Positions 37,449-46,374 of a DNA stretch of 64,000 nucleotides are shown here, in pieces. Source of the stretch: a virus (lineage: Duplodnaviria > Caudoviricetes); IMG/VR virus record IMGVR_UViG_2740891882_000003, positions 13,141 through 77,140 of that record. The stretch is one strand, 5' to 3'. The notes beneath the pieces are model-generated. The model had not been told where the DNA came from, made no database searches, and saw only the letters and a program-made list of their open reading frames with translations. How positions within the stretch are numbered: position 1 is the first letter of the stretch; each line of letters starts with the position of its first letter. The translations under genes were made by a program, and so were the position numbers.

Positions 37449-37592
37449 TGTCCGGTGACGTGAGCCACACGGCGCGTAGCCGACTGGAACACAAAGAACG
37501 GCCGAGGTGCGTCAACACCCCGGCCGTCGAAGTCATCAGCGGCGCCAACCGCTGACCAGCAACTCAACCCTTGCGAGATTGGAGCTCTGCCC

Positions 37593-37871
37593 ATGAGCGT
37601 AGCGCCTTCCCTCTCCCCCGCCCAAGTCCTCGACTCCCCCCTCAACGACCTGCTCACCGTGGCGGGCGTCGAACTCGTCGACAGCTCGATCACCGACCGG
37701 ACGTTCTTCGGGGCCGTCGTCCAGCGCAAGGGCGGCGAGGTGCTTCTGACGATGCCGACCGGACGTAGCGAACTGGAGCACGACACTGTGGCGCGCTACC
37801 TCATTGCGCAGGCCTTCGACGTCGACCTGCCCGATCTGCCTCCGCCGTTCCTCACGACGGTTGAGGTCTGA
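37593..37871 (+). CDS. Hypothetical protein
   Basis: RBS GGAG; ORF track. Confidence 0.65.
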   Translation: MSVAPSLSPAQVLDSPLNDLLTVAGVELVDSSITDRTFFGAVVQRKGGEVLLTMPTGRSELEHDTVARYLIAQAFDVDLPDLPPPFLTTVEV

Positions 37872-37873
37872 CC

Positions 37874-38743
37874 ATGGCGGAGCAAGGAAACATCACCGGC
37901 ATGGAGGGTCATGTCTACGTCGTGGAGTTCGAGTCACGAATGATCAAGGTCGGATACTCGGCCAAGCCGGAGAATCGATTCAGGGGGTACATCAAGAACG
38001 GAGTCCTGTACGGCAACCCGGTGACGCGTACATGGGTGTCACCCGCTCATTTCGCCCCGCAGCGCAATGAGCGGTTGCTGATCGAGTTCTGCACCGCGAA
38101 CGGCACGCTCGCCAGCGGCGGGCGGCGGGGCGAGTACTTCAACGGCGTTTCGTTCAAACAGGCGCAACGCTTCGCGGCGTCCCTCGACTTCGTCCCATTT
38201 GACCGAGAGCGCTGGGAGCGCGACAACGCCGACAGGCTCGCGGCCCTCCGAGACCTCTGGGGCAGCAACTCGCGGAGCCGCCTAGTCCACCTGCCCCCGT
38301 CGGCGGGAGTCCCCCACGGCACGCTGGGAGAATGGTTCGAGGCGGCCCGCCAGGAGGATCCTTCCTCTGACCTTCCCGAACTCGTAGCCGAGCTGTTCGA
38401 CGTGGACTTGGACGATCTCCTGGCGATATCTCCAGGCGTCGATCAGCAGGTGCTAGCGCACGTCGCCGAGGTGGTCACCTGCAAGCGAGACATCCAGCAT
38501 CTTGAACAAGCGTTGGGTGCCGCCAAGGCGCTACTCGCCGAGCTAGAAACGACGAGGCTTGATGACCTACGTCGAGAGGTCAGCGAGGCAGTGGATGAGC
38601 TCTGGCTAAGCGAGTCGGAACTCCGCAGGGTGACGCTGCCAAACGGCACTGAGGCGATGATCATGGTGAAGCCTGAAGTGTCGCAGCAGGAGGCAGACCA
38701 GCTGGCAGCCGAGTACTGGCGACCGGAAGGCTCGACCACGTGA
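37874..38743 (+). CDS. GIY-YIG/T5orf172-like domain protein
   Basis: HVYVVEF..IKVGYS..PENR..E..GEYF. Confidence 0.65.
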   Translation: MAEQGNITGMEGHVYVVEFESRMIKVGYSAKPENRFRGYIKNGVLYGNPVTRTWVSPAHFAPQRNERLLIEFCTANGTLASGGRRGEYFNGVSFKQAQRFAASLDFVPFDRERWERDNADRLAALRDLWGSNSRSRLVHLPPSAGVPHGTLGEWFEAARQEDPSSDLPELVAELFDVDLDDLLAISPGVDQQVLAHVAEVVTCKRDIQHLEQALGAAKALLAELETTRLDDLRREVSEAVDELWLSESELRRVTLPNGTEAMIMVKPEVSQQEADQLAAEYWRPEGSTT

Positions 38744-38875
38744 ACCATCCAGAGTCGGGCGAGCTGGTGCTCGACGCCCCGCAGGTCCGGGTGACGGTGA
38801 AGGGCCTGCACGAGCTGCACAAGCGGCTGGGGGGTGAGGGCCCGCTGCAACTCTCCGCCTGACCCGGCACGCACC

Positions 38876-38912
38876 GAAGGCCCCTCTCCGCCGTAATCGG
38901 AGAGGGGCCTTC
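38876..38912. terminator. Hairpin terminator between convergent genes
   Basis: GAAGGCCCCTCTCC / GGAGAGGGGCCTTC, perfect. Confidence 0.8.
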
Positions 38913-38913
38913 A

Positions 38914-39231
38914 TCATTCGCCGGCTTTGCGTAGGTCCCAGGTCCGGTCGTCGGCGGCGGCTTCGGCGATCGACGGCCCGTCGTTGCCGGCCGGGCCCGT
39001 GTCTTTCGGCTCGCTGAGGGCGAGGCGGATGCGGGCGGCGACTTCGCTGCCGGGCGCCCGCCAGTTGGGGTCGTCCACGTCGGCGGCGAGGGCGCGGACG
39101 CGGTCGATGGCGGCTTCCCGTGTCTGGTTGCTGGCTTCGTGGGCGGCGCAGATGTCGGCGAGGTCGATCTCGTCGAAGTTGTTGAGGAACCAGCGAGCCC
39201 GATCGGAGAGTTCGCCGTAACGGTCGGTCAT
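38914..39231 (-). CDS. Hypothetical protein
   Basis: Last gene of early operon. Confidence 0.6.
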   Translation of the reverse strand: MTDRYGELSDRARWFLNNFDEIDLADICAAHEASNQTREAAIDRVRALAADVDDPNWRAPGSEVAARIRLALSEPKDTGPAGNDGPSIAEAAADDRTWDLRKAGE

Positions 39232-39470
39232 GCGGCTGCTTCTCTCTGCTGGTCGGGGATGTGGATTTGATGGATGCCGAGTTCGCCGATGGCGAGTGCG
39301 ATGGCGACGGCGTGGGCTCGGTCGGCGGCGCCGAGGCGGCGGTAGGCGGCGGACAGGATTTCGGCGACGGAGTGCGGGGTGACGCCGCGCCAGGCGGCGA
39401 TGTCCTGGTTGCTGTTGCCGTTGGCGGCCAGCGCGAGGACTTCCCGCTGGCGGGCGGTGAGGGCTCTCAC
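39228..39470 (-). CDS. LuxR-type HTH regulator (stand-alone)
   Basis: LTARQREVLALAANGNSNQDIA..RRLGAADRAHAV. Confidence 0.85.
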   Translation of the reverse strand: MRALTARQREVLALAANGNSNQDIAAWRGVTPHSVAEILSAAYRRLGAADRAHAVAIALAIGELGIHQIHIPDQQREAAA

Positions 39471-39661
39471 GTCGCCCCTCCCCTGTGCCGGGCTGCTGCC
39501 TGTTCGCGTCGGGCGTCGGCTGCGGCCATGCGCATGAGTGCGCGTTCGATGACGACGGCCCGGATTTGTCCGGCGTAGCGGCCGTCGAGGATGCGTTCGG
39601 AGGTGTGGGTGATGAGTTCGCGGGCCTGCGAGCGGCGCGGCTTGGGCTGGGTGTCGGTCAC
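39467..39661 (-). CDS. Hypothetical protein
   Basis: GTGA overlap; similar to 40716..40982. Confidence 0.6.
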   Translation of the reverse strand: MTDTQPKPRRSQARELITHTSERILDGRYAGQIRAVVIERALMRMAAADARREQAAARHRGGAT

Positions 39662-39825
39662 AGGTACTCCCCGGTGGGCACGTCGGTCATGTGGTCGAGG
39701 TCGTGGCTGGTGAGGCCGTTGCCCCACAGGTCGGGGTGGCGGCACCAGGGGCCGTCGTCTTCGTCGTCGGGTTCGGGGTCGAAGGCGGACGCGGGGATTT
39801 CGGTGGTCGTCCACAGGACGGTCAC
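39658..39825 (-). CDS. Hypothetical protein
   Basis: GTGA overlaps. Confidence 0.5.
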   Translation of the reverse strand: MTVLWTTTEIPASAFDPEPDDEDDGPWCRHPDLWGNGLTSHDLDHMTDVPTGEYL

Positions 39826-40181
39826 GGCTGGCCGCCGAGGAGGCGGCGGGCTGTGGTGAGGGCGGCCCGGTCGATGTTCAGGCCGTGGTCTGCTTCCGAG
39901 TCCAGCCAGTCGGCGATGGCGCGGCCGACGGTCGGGCCCATTGCGGCGATGTAGTCCCCGACCGGGCCGCTCACGGCGGGCCCCGGAAGTTTCCCGGCTC
40001 GGCCGCCGTGGATCAGGTTCTTGCCGGGTGCCGTCCGCAGGATGGTGGCTGTGTGATTGGGATCGCCGGGGTAGCGGCGGAGGGCTTCCCACTGGTCGCT
40101 GCCGCTGCTCTCGGTGGCAGCGGCGGCCAGCGCGCGCAGCTTCTCGGCGGCGGCACGCAATTCCTGGGCTGGAGTGGTCAT
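39822..40181 (-). CDS. Hypothetical phage protein
   Basis: ELRAAAEKLR..YIAAMGP..ADWL. Confidence 0.6.
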   Translation of the reverse strand: MTTPAQELRAAAEKLRALAAAATESSGSDQWEALRRYPGDPNHTATILRTAPGKNLIHGGRAGKLPGPAVSGPVGDYIAAMGPTVGRAIADWLDSEADHGLNIDRAALTTARRLLGGQP

Positions 40182-40453
40182 GCGGCGTCCTGTTCGGTTC
40201 GGGCCCACGACGGGCCGTGAGGCTCTGTGCGCTCCTGTGGCGCCACGGGCGGGGTTCGGGGTAACTCGGGGGCGCTCGGGCGCTGTACGGCCGCGAGGGC
40301 CGCGGCGGCGCCCCGCCATACGGCACGGCAGGCGCACGCCACGGTGACGACGACCGCGTACAGGGCGGCGCCCGCGAAGAACGCGACGATCACCAGCCAG
40401 ATCAGGAACGCCCAACCGAGGGTGAACGCGGTGTCGATGGCCTCGGCGATCAC
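40178..40453 (-). CDS. Membrane protein
   Basis: Long hydrophobic segment. Confidence 0.6.
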   Translation of the reverse strand: MIAEAIDTAFTLGWAFLIWLVIVAFFAGAALYAVVVTVACACRAVWRGAAAALAAVQRPSAPELPRTPPVAPQERTEPHGPSWARTEQDAA

Positions 40454-40719
40454 GACGGGCCTCCGTCCGGGCGGCGGAACGTCATCGCGGGCGCCCGCTC
40501 CGGCTCAGGGTCCTTCCGGTGCCGCCACGCGCTCACGGTGCGGACCGGGTCGGTGAGCAGCAGCAGCGCGAACAGGACCGCCTGCCTCGGACGGCTGGTC
40601 CACCGGTCGAGGTGGAAGCGGAGTTGCCAGTTCGTCCAGTCGGCGAGCCGGTCGTAAGGCCGGGCCCGGCCGAGGGCGTACCCCCCGGCCAGGAGTGCGG
40701 CGTACAGGAGCCACGTCAC
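40450..40719 (-). CDS. Membrane protein
   Basis: N-terminal TM. Confidence 0.6.
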   Translation of the reverse strand: MTWLLYAALLAGGYALGRARPYDRLADWTNWQLRFHLDRWTSRPRQAVLFALLLLTDPVRTVSAWRHRKDPEPERAPAMTFRRPDGGPS

Positions 40720-40982
40720 GGCCTGGCCTCCTTCGGCTGCTGCGCCCCACCAGCAGGCAGCCCGTCGGCAGGCTCGGCGTCGACGGTGCGCGGCTTGTGG
40801 GTTTTCGGTGTCAGGAGGCCGTCGCGGATAGCCATCTGCCTGACCGCACGCTCAATCACCGCGGCCACGACCTGCCCCGTGTAGCACTGTCTGATCAGGC
40901 GTTCGGCTTCGACGGTGAGGTATTTGCGGGTAGTCGCACCGCGGCGGGGCTGTGCCTTCGGGGCGAGGCTGCGGCCGGTCAC
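40716..40982 (-). CDS. Hypothetical protein
   Basis: Coupled to neighbours. Confidence 0.6.
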   Translation of the reverse strand: MTGRSLAPKAQPRRGATTRKYLTVEAERLIRQCYTGQVVAAVIERAVRQMAIRDGLLTPKTHKPRTVDAEPADGLPAGGAQQPKEARP

Positions 40983-42112
40983 AGGGCAGCCACCTCATCA
41001 AGGGCGGCGACCAGTGCGGCGATGTCGGCGCGGACCGTATCCGCCCACGGGTTGCGGTCGCTGTCGTCGAGGGCGTCCTGGAAGCCGACGGCGTGCGCTG
41101 CCAAGCGGCGGGCAATCCCCCGGATGCGTTCGAGTGCGGCGGCTTGCCCGGCGGCGGGTCCAGGGCACGTGACGGGCGCCTCGCTGCTGATCCGGTCGGT
41201 GAGCGGGAGTTCGAACGGCGTGCGGCCGCAGCAGGGGGTGAGGCCGGAGCCGTCCGGCGGGCAGCCGTGCACGACCTCGACCGTCCAGCGAAACCCGTCG
41301 GCGGTGGCGTGCTCGCGGTGCGATCCCTTGACGACGCAGGGGTCTGCGGGGGTACGCCCGAACGGGGCCCGCGCGGCGGTGCACTGCGTCTCGCTGTCGT
41401 CGTGTCCCGTGGCGGGCGTGGAATCGGTGGCCATACGGCGCAGCACGTCGGATGCGCCCCGGAAGTCGGAGTCGGTGGCGCTCGCCCTTGGATGATTCCA
41501 GAGCACGTCGGCGGCTTCCCGTAGCACGGCGGCCCGGTCGGCGAGGGAGGGCAGGACGGCGGCGAGGACTGCGGCGGCTGCGGCATGCGGGTTGGCCATG
41601 ACGAGCCCGTTCCTGGACGGCTCGGCGTCGGCGTACTGCGCCCAGATGGCCTGCGCGCCGAGCTCGACGAGCGCGGCCCGGTCGGTGGCGGGCGCATGGC
41701 TGGCCTGGACGATCGCGACCAGCTCGCGCGCGAGCTCCGCCCTGGGCACGCGGGTGCGGGAGCTCTGCATCTCCCATCCGTCCAGGTGCCGGGCTACCTG
41801 CTCCACGACGGCCTCGTCGGTGGCGGGCGCCACCCCGGCAGGCACGTAGGTCTCCGCGAGAACGTCCTCAGCGATCGTGTAGAACTCGCCCTTCACGCCA
41901 CGCACGACGTGCTGGCCGGTCTTCACGCCGACCCACGTGTCGTGCAGGTTGTCGTAGACCTTTGCCGTGATGTCCGGGGTGAAGCCGCCTTCATCCTGGT
42001 CGACGAGCAGGAAGTCGCCACCGGTGAAGGCGATCAGTTCATCGATGTTGCGGCCGGTCCATTGGATGGTGTCGACCTCGACGGGCCTCTTGCGGTAGCG
42101 GGTGACAGTCAT
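40979..42112 (-). CDS. Multi-module hypothetical phage protein
   Basis: YRKRPVEVDTIQWTG..RGVKGEFY N-domain; Cys-rich C-terminus. Confidence 0.7.
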   Translation of the reverse strand: MTVTRYRKRPVEVDTIQWTGRNIDELIAFTGGDFLLVDQDEGGFTPDITAKVYDNLHDTWVGVKTGQHVVRGVKGEFYTIAEDVLAETYVPAGVAPATDEAVVEQVARHLDGWEMQSSRTRVPRAELARELVAIVQASHAPATDRAALVELGAQAIWAQYADAEPSRNGLVMANPHAAAAAVLAAVLPSLADRAAVLREAADVLWNHPRASATDSDFRGASDVLRRMATDSTPATGHDDSETQCTAARAPFGRTPADPCVVKGSHREHATADGFRWTVEVVHGCPPDGSGLTPCCGRTPFELPLTDRISSEAPVTCPGPAAGQAAALERIRGIARRLAAHAVGFQDALDDSDRNPWADTVRADIAALVAALDEVAAL

Positions 42113-42133
42113 GGTGTGGCTCCTGGTGGTGTT

Positions 42134-42364
42134 TCAGGCGTCGGGGTTGGTGGCGCGCGGGGGTTCGAGTCCGAGTTGGACGGCGGCGAGGGCGACGGCT
42201 TCACGGATGGACAGGCCTTCTTCGGAGGCGGTCCGGAGGGCGAGTGCGCGGGTGTGGAGGTCGTCGGCGAGGGCGAGTTGTTCGGGGGTGAGGGCGCCGC
42301 GTCCGGTACGCCTGTGGGGCTTTTCGGGGCGGGTTGGCTTCCACTGGTCTTCGGTGTCGGGCAT
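42134..42364 (-). CDS. Hypothetical protein
   Basis: ORF track. Confidence 0.5.
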   Translation of the reverse strand: MPDTEDQWKPTRPEKPHRRTGRGALTPEQLALADDLHTRALALRTASEEGLSIREAVALAAVQLGLEPPRATNPDA

Positions 42365-42452
42365 TTGGGCCTCATTTCGCGGCAGGGTGCGGGCGTAGGC
42401 GGGCGATCGGGGGTGGGTGAGGGTGACGGCCTCGGGAGGGGGGTCGAAGCCG

Positions 42453-42749
42453 TCAGGGAGTGAACCGGCGGGTAACTTCAGGAGTGTCGGGCCCCCCAGC
42501 CCCCTTCACGCGCCCGCCAGCCGCCCGCCGGGCCCGCCAATCCCCCACGACACACCCCGCCCACAACCACACCGCGTAGGCGATCAACAGCGGATGCGCC
42601 AGCGTCAACGGCAGCCGATAACGCAACCGGCCATCCGCATACGCCTCATCCAGCCAGCCGTTCCAGCAGTTGACGACCACACGGCGCACAACCCGGGCGG
42701 CACGGGCGACAGCACGGGCGACGCGGCGGGCGACTCCGGGCGACATCAC
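42453..42749 (-). CDS. Hypothetical protein
   Basis: Overlap with upstream gene; possible TM. Confidence 0.45.
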   Translation of the reverse strand: MMSPGVARRVARAVARAARVVRRVVVNCWNGWLDEAYADGRLRYRLPLTLAHPLLIAYAVWLWAGCVVGDWRARRAAGGRVKGAGGPDTPEVTRRFTP

Positions 42750-43045
42750 GCGGCGTCGCCCGTCTGCTCGTTGAGCCAGGCACGGTGGGCGTCACGGTCG
42801 TAGGGCCCGGCGGCCAGCCATTCGGCGGTCGCCTTCGCGGCGGCTTCCTTGCGCCAGCCGCGCTTGGCCGGCCGCGGGTAGAGCTCGCCGTCCTGCCAGC
42901 TGTCGCCGCAGTGGCAGCAGGTGGTCGTGGTGCCGTACCAGACCTCGTCCTGGAAGAGCATGCGGCGCCGGGTCTTGCAGGTGGGGCAGCGGAAGATGCG
43001 GCGGATGTTGTACCGGCGGGCGCGGCAGATGATCAGCGTGCTCAA
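42746..43045 (-). CDS. Zinc-ribbon protein
   Basis: CPTC..CCHC. Confidence 0.6.
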   Translation of the reverse strand: MSTLIICRARRYNIRRIFRCPTCKTRRRMLFQDEVWYGTTTTCCHCGDSWQDGELYPRPAKRGWRKEAAAKATAEWLAAGPYDRDAHRAWLNEQTGDAA

Positions 43046-43118
43046 TGGGTGCTCCCTGGGTGGGTAGGGTTCGCGGGCGGGCTGGGCGCGGTAACGGCGC
43101 GCCCAGCCCGTACCGGGA

Positions 43119-43862
43119 TCACGGGGCGGCGCAGTCGGGGCCGCACAACTCGTGCTCGCCGTCGGCGTGGGCCATCAGCCGCTCGTGAACGTGGCAGGGC
43201 TCGCCGCCGTCCTCGCACGGATTCATCGAGTCGCACGGGGTGGCCACGTACTCGGCCTCGTTCGCCTTGCGCTGGAACCGCTCCATGAGGGCGAAGACAG
43301 CTCCGGCCTGGTCGTTGAGGTTCTTCGACGCGTAGGCAGCACCAGCCTCGTCGCAGATCTCCGCGGCATCTCGGAGCGTCTGGGCGCGCATCTCCGCGAC
43401 AAGCGCCTCCGCCTTGTCGGCTCGCTCGCGGTGCTTCTCCCGCGCCTTACAGGCCTGCTCGTAGGCCCACGCGGTCGGGTATGGCTGCCGGTCGTGGGCG
43501 ATGGCGAGGTCGCGTTCGCGGCGCAGCTCGGCCTGTCGGCGGTGCGCCTCTTCGATCAGCGCGGCGAACGCCTCAGCGTCGTCGGGGTGGACACGGATCG
43601 TCGGGCAGACGTGACTGTCGTCCTCCGCCCCGGCGCAGAACGGTTCGTCGTCGGCGGGGCCGTGGCTGCACTCCCAGCGGGCAGGAAGGGCAACCGGCTC
43701 GGTGCGGCGGCGGACCTCGGCGATCAGCGCAGGCACGTCGGTGTCGGTCAGCTCGTTGAGCGCGTCCTGTCCCTGCGGGTCGGCGACGGTCGCGTACTCG
43801 TACAGGGCTGCGGCGCGGGCGGCGATCTCGTCGAGGTCGAGGCTGGCGGGCTTGTCGGTCAT
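43119..43862 (-). CDS. Hypothetical phage protein
   Basis: LDLDEIAAR..VPALIAEVRR; coiled coil. Confidence 0.65.
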   Translation of the reverse strand: MTDKPASLDLDEIAARAAALYEYATVADPQGQDALNELTDTDVPALIAEVRRRTEPVALPARWECSHGPADDEPFCAGAEDDSHVCPTIRVHPDDAEAFAALIEEAHRRQAELRRERDLAIAHDRQPYPTAWAYEQACKAREKHRERADKAEALVAEMRAQTLRDAAEICDEAGAAYASKNLNDQAGAVFALMERFQRKANEAEYVATPCDSMNPCEDGGEPCHVHERLMAHADGEHELCGPDCAAP

Positions 43863-43890
43863 CGGGGGTCCTTCGGGTTGGCGGGTGGGG

Positions 43891-44100
43891 TCAGGCGGCG
43901 TCGGCTTGGCGCACGAGCCGGAGGTGGCGGCGTTTCGCGGAGAGGCTGGTGTCGCCCTCCCAGTGCCATCCGGCGATGGCCTCGTTGAGGTCGGCCCAGT
44001 GCTTGGCCTGCTCCTCCGGCGTCCACGGCTCGCTGGCCGACTTGGGGCGGGACGGGCGGGTCGGGATCGACTCCGCCATCAGGCGCTCGTAGGGGGTCAA
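43891..44100 (-). CDS. Hypothetical protein
   Basis: MTPYERLMAESIP. Confidence 0.55.
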   Translation of the reverse strand: MTPYERLMAESIPTRPSRPKSASEPWTPEEQAKHWADLNEAIAGWHWEGDTSLSAKRRHLRLVRQADAA

Positions 44101-44432
44101 CGCCCGGCCTCCGATCGCCTGGTGGCCTCAGCGATCCCTTCGAGAGCTGCACGTTCGGCGGCTGCCCGGGCTTCGCGGCGAGCCTCAACTCGGGCGTTCT
44201 GCTCGCAGATCTGACGCATGGTCTCGGCGTCCTCGTTGATCGCCGGGTCGTTCTCCTCAAGCAGGGCTTCGGCGTCCCAGCAGCGAACGCAGAGCAGGGG
44301 CTGCTTCTCGCGGGTGCACCAGCGGCACGTGAACTGAGAGGGTCCGAGGTGGCCGTGGTCGGGCTCGTACAGGAACAGCGGGCGCGTCTGCTTGCAGTGA
44401 TCGCAGCGGGCTTCGATCGGCGTGGTGGTCAT
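44097..44432 (-). CDS. Cys-rich hypothetical protein
   Basis: Three CxxC pairs. Confidence 0.6.
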   Translation of the reverse strand: MTTTPIEARCDHCKQTRPLFLYEPDHGHLGPSQFTCRWCTREKQPLLCVRCWDAEALLEENDPAINEDAETMRQICEQNARVEARREARAAAERAALEGIAEATRRSEAGR

Positions 44433-44734
44433 GCGGCCATCTCCTTGGCTTCGATTTCGCGGCGGGCGTGGACGGTGTTGCGGGCGCGGCCGTCTTCGTG
44501 GCAGGGCACGCCGGGCGTGACCTGACAGGCGGGGCAGCAGGCCGACAGTTGCGCCCAGGCGGACACGCGCTGCGGGTGCGGCTCGGTCATCACCCGGTTC
44601 CGGGTGCGGAGCTGGCACGGCTTGTGGGCGCCGACACCGCAGTGCGGGCAGGGCACGGCGCGGGCCGGGTGGTGCTGGGCGCGCATGAAATGCCGCAGGG
44701 ACTCGGGCATCGGGGCACCGGCATGCAGGGTCAT
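44429..44734 (-). CDS. Double zinc-finger protein
   Basis: Two CPxC..PC..HxxR units. Confidence 0.65.
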   Translation of the reverse strand: MTLHAGAPMPESLRHFMRAQHHPARAVPCPHCGVGAHKPCQLRTRNRVMTEPHPQRVSAWAQLSACCPACQVTPGVPCHEDGRARNTVHARREIEAKEMAA

Positions 44735-45042
44735 CGGGAGACCTCCGCCTTCGTCGCGGCATGCTGCTCGCACTCCCAGTTGGCGCCGATGTGGTCGCGG
44801 TAGTGCGCCATGGTGATCAATTCCGTGGTGGCGACGGTGATGCCTTCGCGCTCGGCAGCGGCCCGCTCCCGCTTGGTGCGGTTGAGGTGCTCGTGTGCCT
44901 GCTGGGCGGTGGCGATGACGCGACTGCCGGAGACCGCGACGACGGCGGAGACGATGCAGCCGCAGGGGCGGCGCTGGATCCATCCGCAGTCGTCGAGGGG
45001 GACGGGATGGTTGTCGACCATGACGGTCAGGCCTGTGCTCAC
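44731..45042 (-). CDS. Hypothetical protein
   Basis: RBS AAGGAG. Confidence 0.6.
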   Translation of the reverse strand: MSTGLTVMVDNHPVPLDDCGWIQRRPCGCIVSAVVAVSGSRVIATAQQAHEHLNRTKRERAAAEREGITVATTELITMAHYRDHIGANWECEQHAATKAEVSR

Positions 45043-45062
45043 TGGTTCTCCTTGGTGTCGGG

Positions 45063-45365
45063 CTACGGGCAGTTGCCGCAGTCGCAGGGCTGGTCGGGGT
45101 TGTGTTCGGTGTTGCGGTAGTGCCGGACGGCCGCATCCCAGACGGGCTTCGGGATCTGCCAGTCCGGCGGCGGACCCGGCGGGGACGAGCCGGTCGGCCA
45201 GGCGCCGGGCTTGTGGCTGGGCGGCTTTGGCGGCTCCGCCTTGGCCAGCGGCTCGCGGCGCTGCCTGCCGTTGGTGATCTGCTGCCGCATGTATCGGCGC
45301 CAGCCGTCGGGGTCCTCCCGGCGCATCTCGGCAACGTCTTCCGGCTCGATCTCCGGGGCGGTCAC
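45063..45365 (-). CDS. Hypothetical protein
   Basis: GTGA overlap. Confidence 0.55.
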   Translation of the reverse strand: MTAPEIEPEDVAEMRREDPDGWRRYMRQQITNGRQRREPLAKAEPPKPPSHKPGAWPTGSSPPGPPPDWQIPKPVWDAAVRHYRNTEHNPDQPCDCGNCP

Positions 45366-45655
45366 GACGCGGCCTCCGGCATCTCGGGGAGGTCGAGGCA
45401 TTCCGTGTCCGGTGGCCGCCATCCGGCATCGAGGAGGCGGGCAATGATCCGGCGCGCTGTCTCTTCGGGAGTGCCGTCGCCGTATCCGGGGAAGGCCATC
45501 GGGTTTTCAGCCCGCCCTTTCTGCACGGCGAGCACTGCGCTGACGCAGGCGACGATCCAGCCTTCGGCGATCTCGATGCCGTTCTGGCCGCCTTCGTAGT
45601 GCATGCGGGCGAATTCGCAGACGACGAGTTGCATGCGCGGGTCGTTGGGGCCCAT
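45362..45655 (-). CDS. Hypothetical protein
   Basis: Start overlaps upstream stop. Confidence 0.55.
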   Translation of the reverse strand: MGPNDPRMQLVVCEFARMHYEGGQNGIEIAEGWIVACVSAVLAVQKGRAENPMAFPGYGDGTPEETARRIIARLLDAGWRPPDTECLDLPEMPEAAS

Positions 45656-46374
45656 CACGCCACCCCGAGCCTGCGGTCGTTGCCGCCGATGACGACGACG
45701 GTCGTGGTCTGCGCGAGCCGGGAGGTGATCCGCTCCCCCAACTGGTCCTTGAGGTCCGGCCCGTTGGGGTTGGAGACCGGAAGGTTGCTGGTGATGATCA
45801 GCGGGCGGCATTCGTTGTACCGCTCGTTCAGGATCCGGTAGGTGGCTTCCTCGGTGAACTCGCTGATCTTTTCGGTGCCGAGGTCGTCGACGAGCAGCAG
45901 CGGTATCCGCATGAGCCGCTTGACCTCGTACTCGGGCCCGCGCTCGCTGCCGTTGGGGCGCATGAGCGCGTACATGTCGGGGGCGGTGAGCGCGACGAGC
46001 TCGAACTGGTCGGGCCCGGCTTCAGCGATGCGACGCAGCGCACCGTAGGCCTGGTGCGTCTTTCCCGTGCCGAACGGGCCGGTCAGGAAGAGGATCCCCG
46101 CGGTCCGCGGATCGTCGATGGCCCGCTCTGCCCAGGCAATCACCTGGGGGTGCGTCGCCTCGGCCTCCTGGTAGCGGTAGGGGGTGGCGGTCTTCCAGCG
46201 GCTGACGGCGATGGTGGCGCGCTGGCGGCGGTGGTACTCCGGGTGGCCGGGCTCGTCGGGGGTCGGGGTGTCGTCGATGGGGCCGGCGGTGATGTGGCCG
46301 AGGCCGCGCGCTTCGAGCATCTGCTGCATGCGCTGCATGACGGCCTCACTCGCCAGAGGCTTGGGATCGGGCAT
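45655..46374 (-). CDS. DnaC/IstB-like helicase-loader ATPase
   Basis: GPFGTGKT, LLLVDDLG, IITSN, RITSRL. Confidence 0.9.
   Translation of the reverse strand: MPDPKPLASEAVMQRMQQMLEARGLGHITAGPIDDTPTPDEPGHPEYHRRQRATIAVSRWKTATPYRYQEAEATHPQVIAWAERAIDDPRTAGILFLTGPFGTGKTHQAYGALRRIAEAGPDQFELVALTAPDMYALMRPNGSERGPEYEVKRLMRIPLLLVDDLGTEKISEFTEEATYRILNERYNECRPLIITSNLPVSNPNGPDLKDQLGERITSRLAQTTTVVVIGGNDRRLGVA

Noticed and set aside
26384-38912. CGAAGGCCCC at both ends of the central block as att or target repeats
   Set aside because: Both are arms of terminator hairpins between convergent genes; only 10 bp and GC-rich
42380-42450. G-rich tract as a G-quadruplex
   Set aside because: Not distinguishable by eye from the general G skew of the plus strand here
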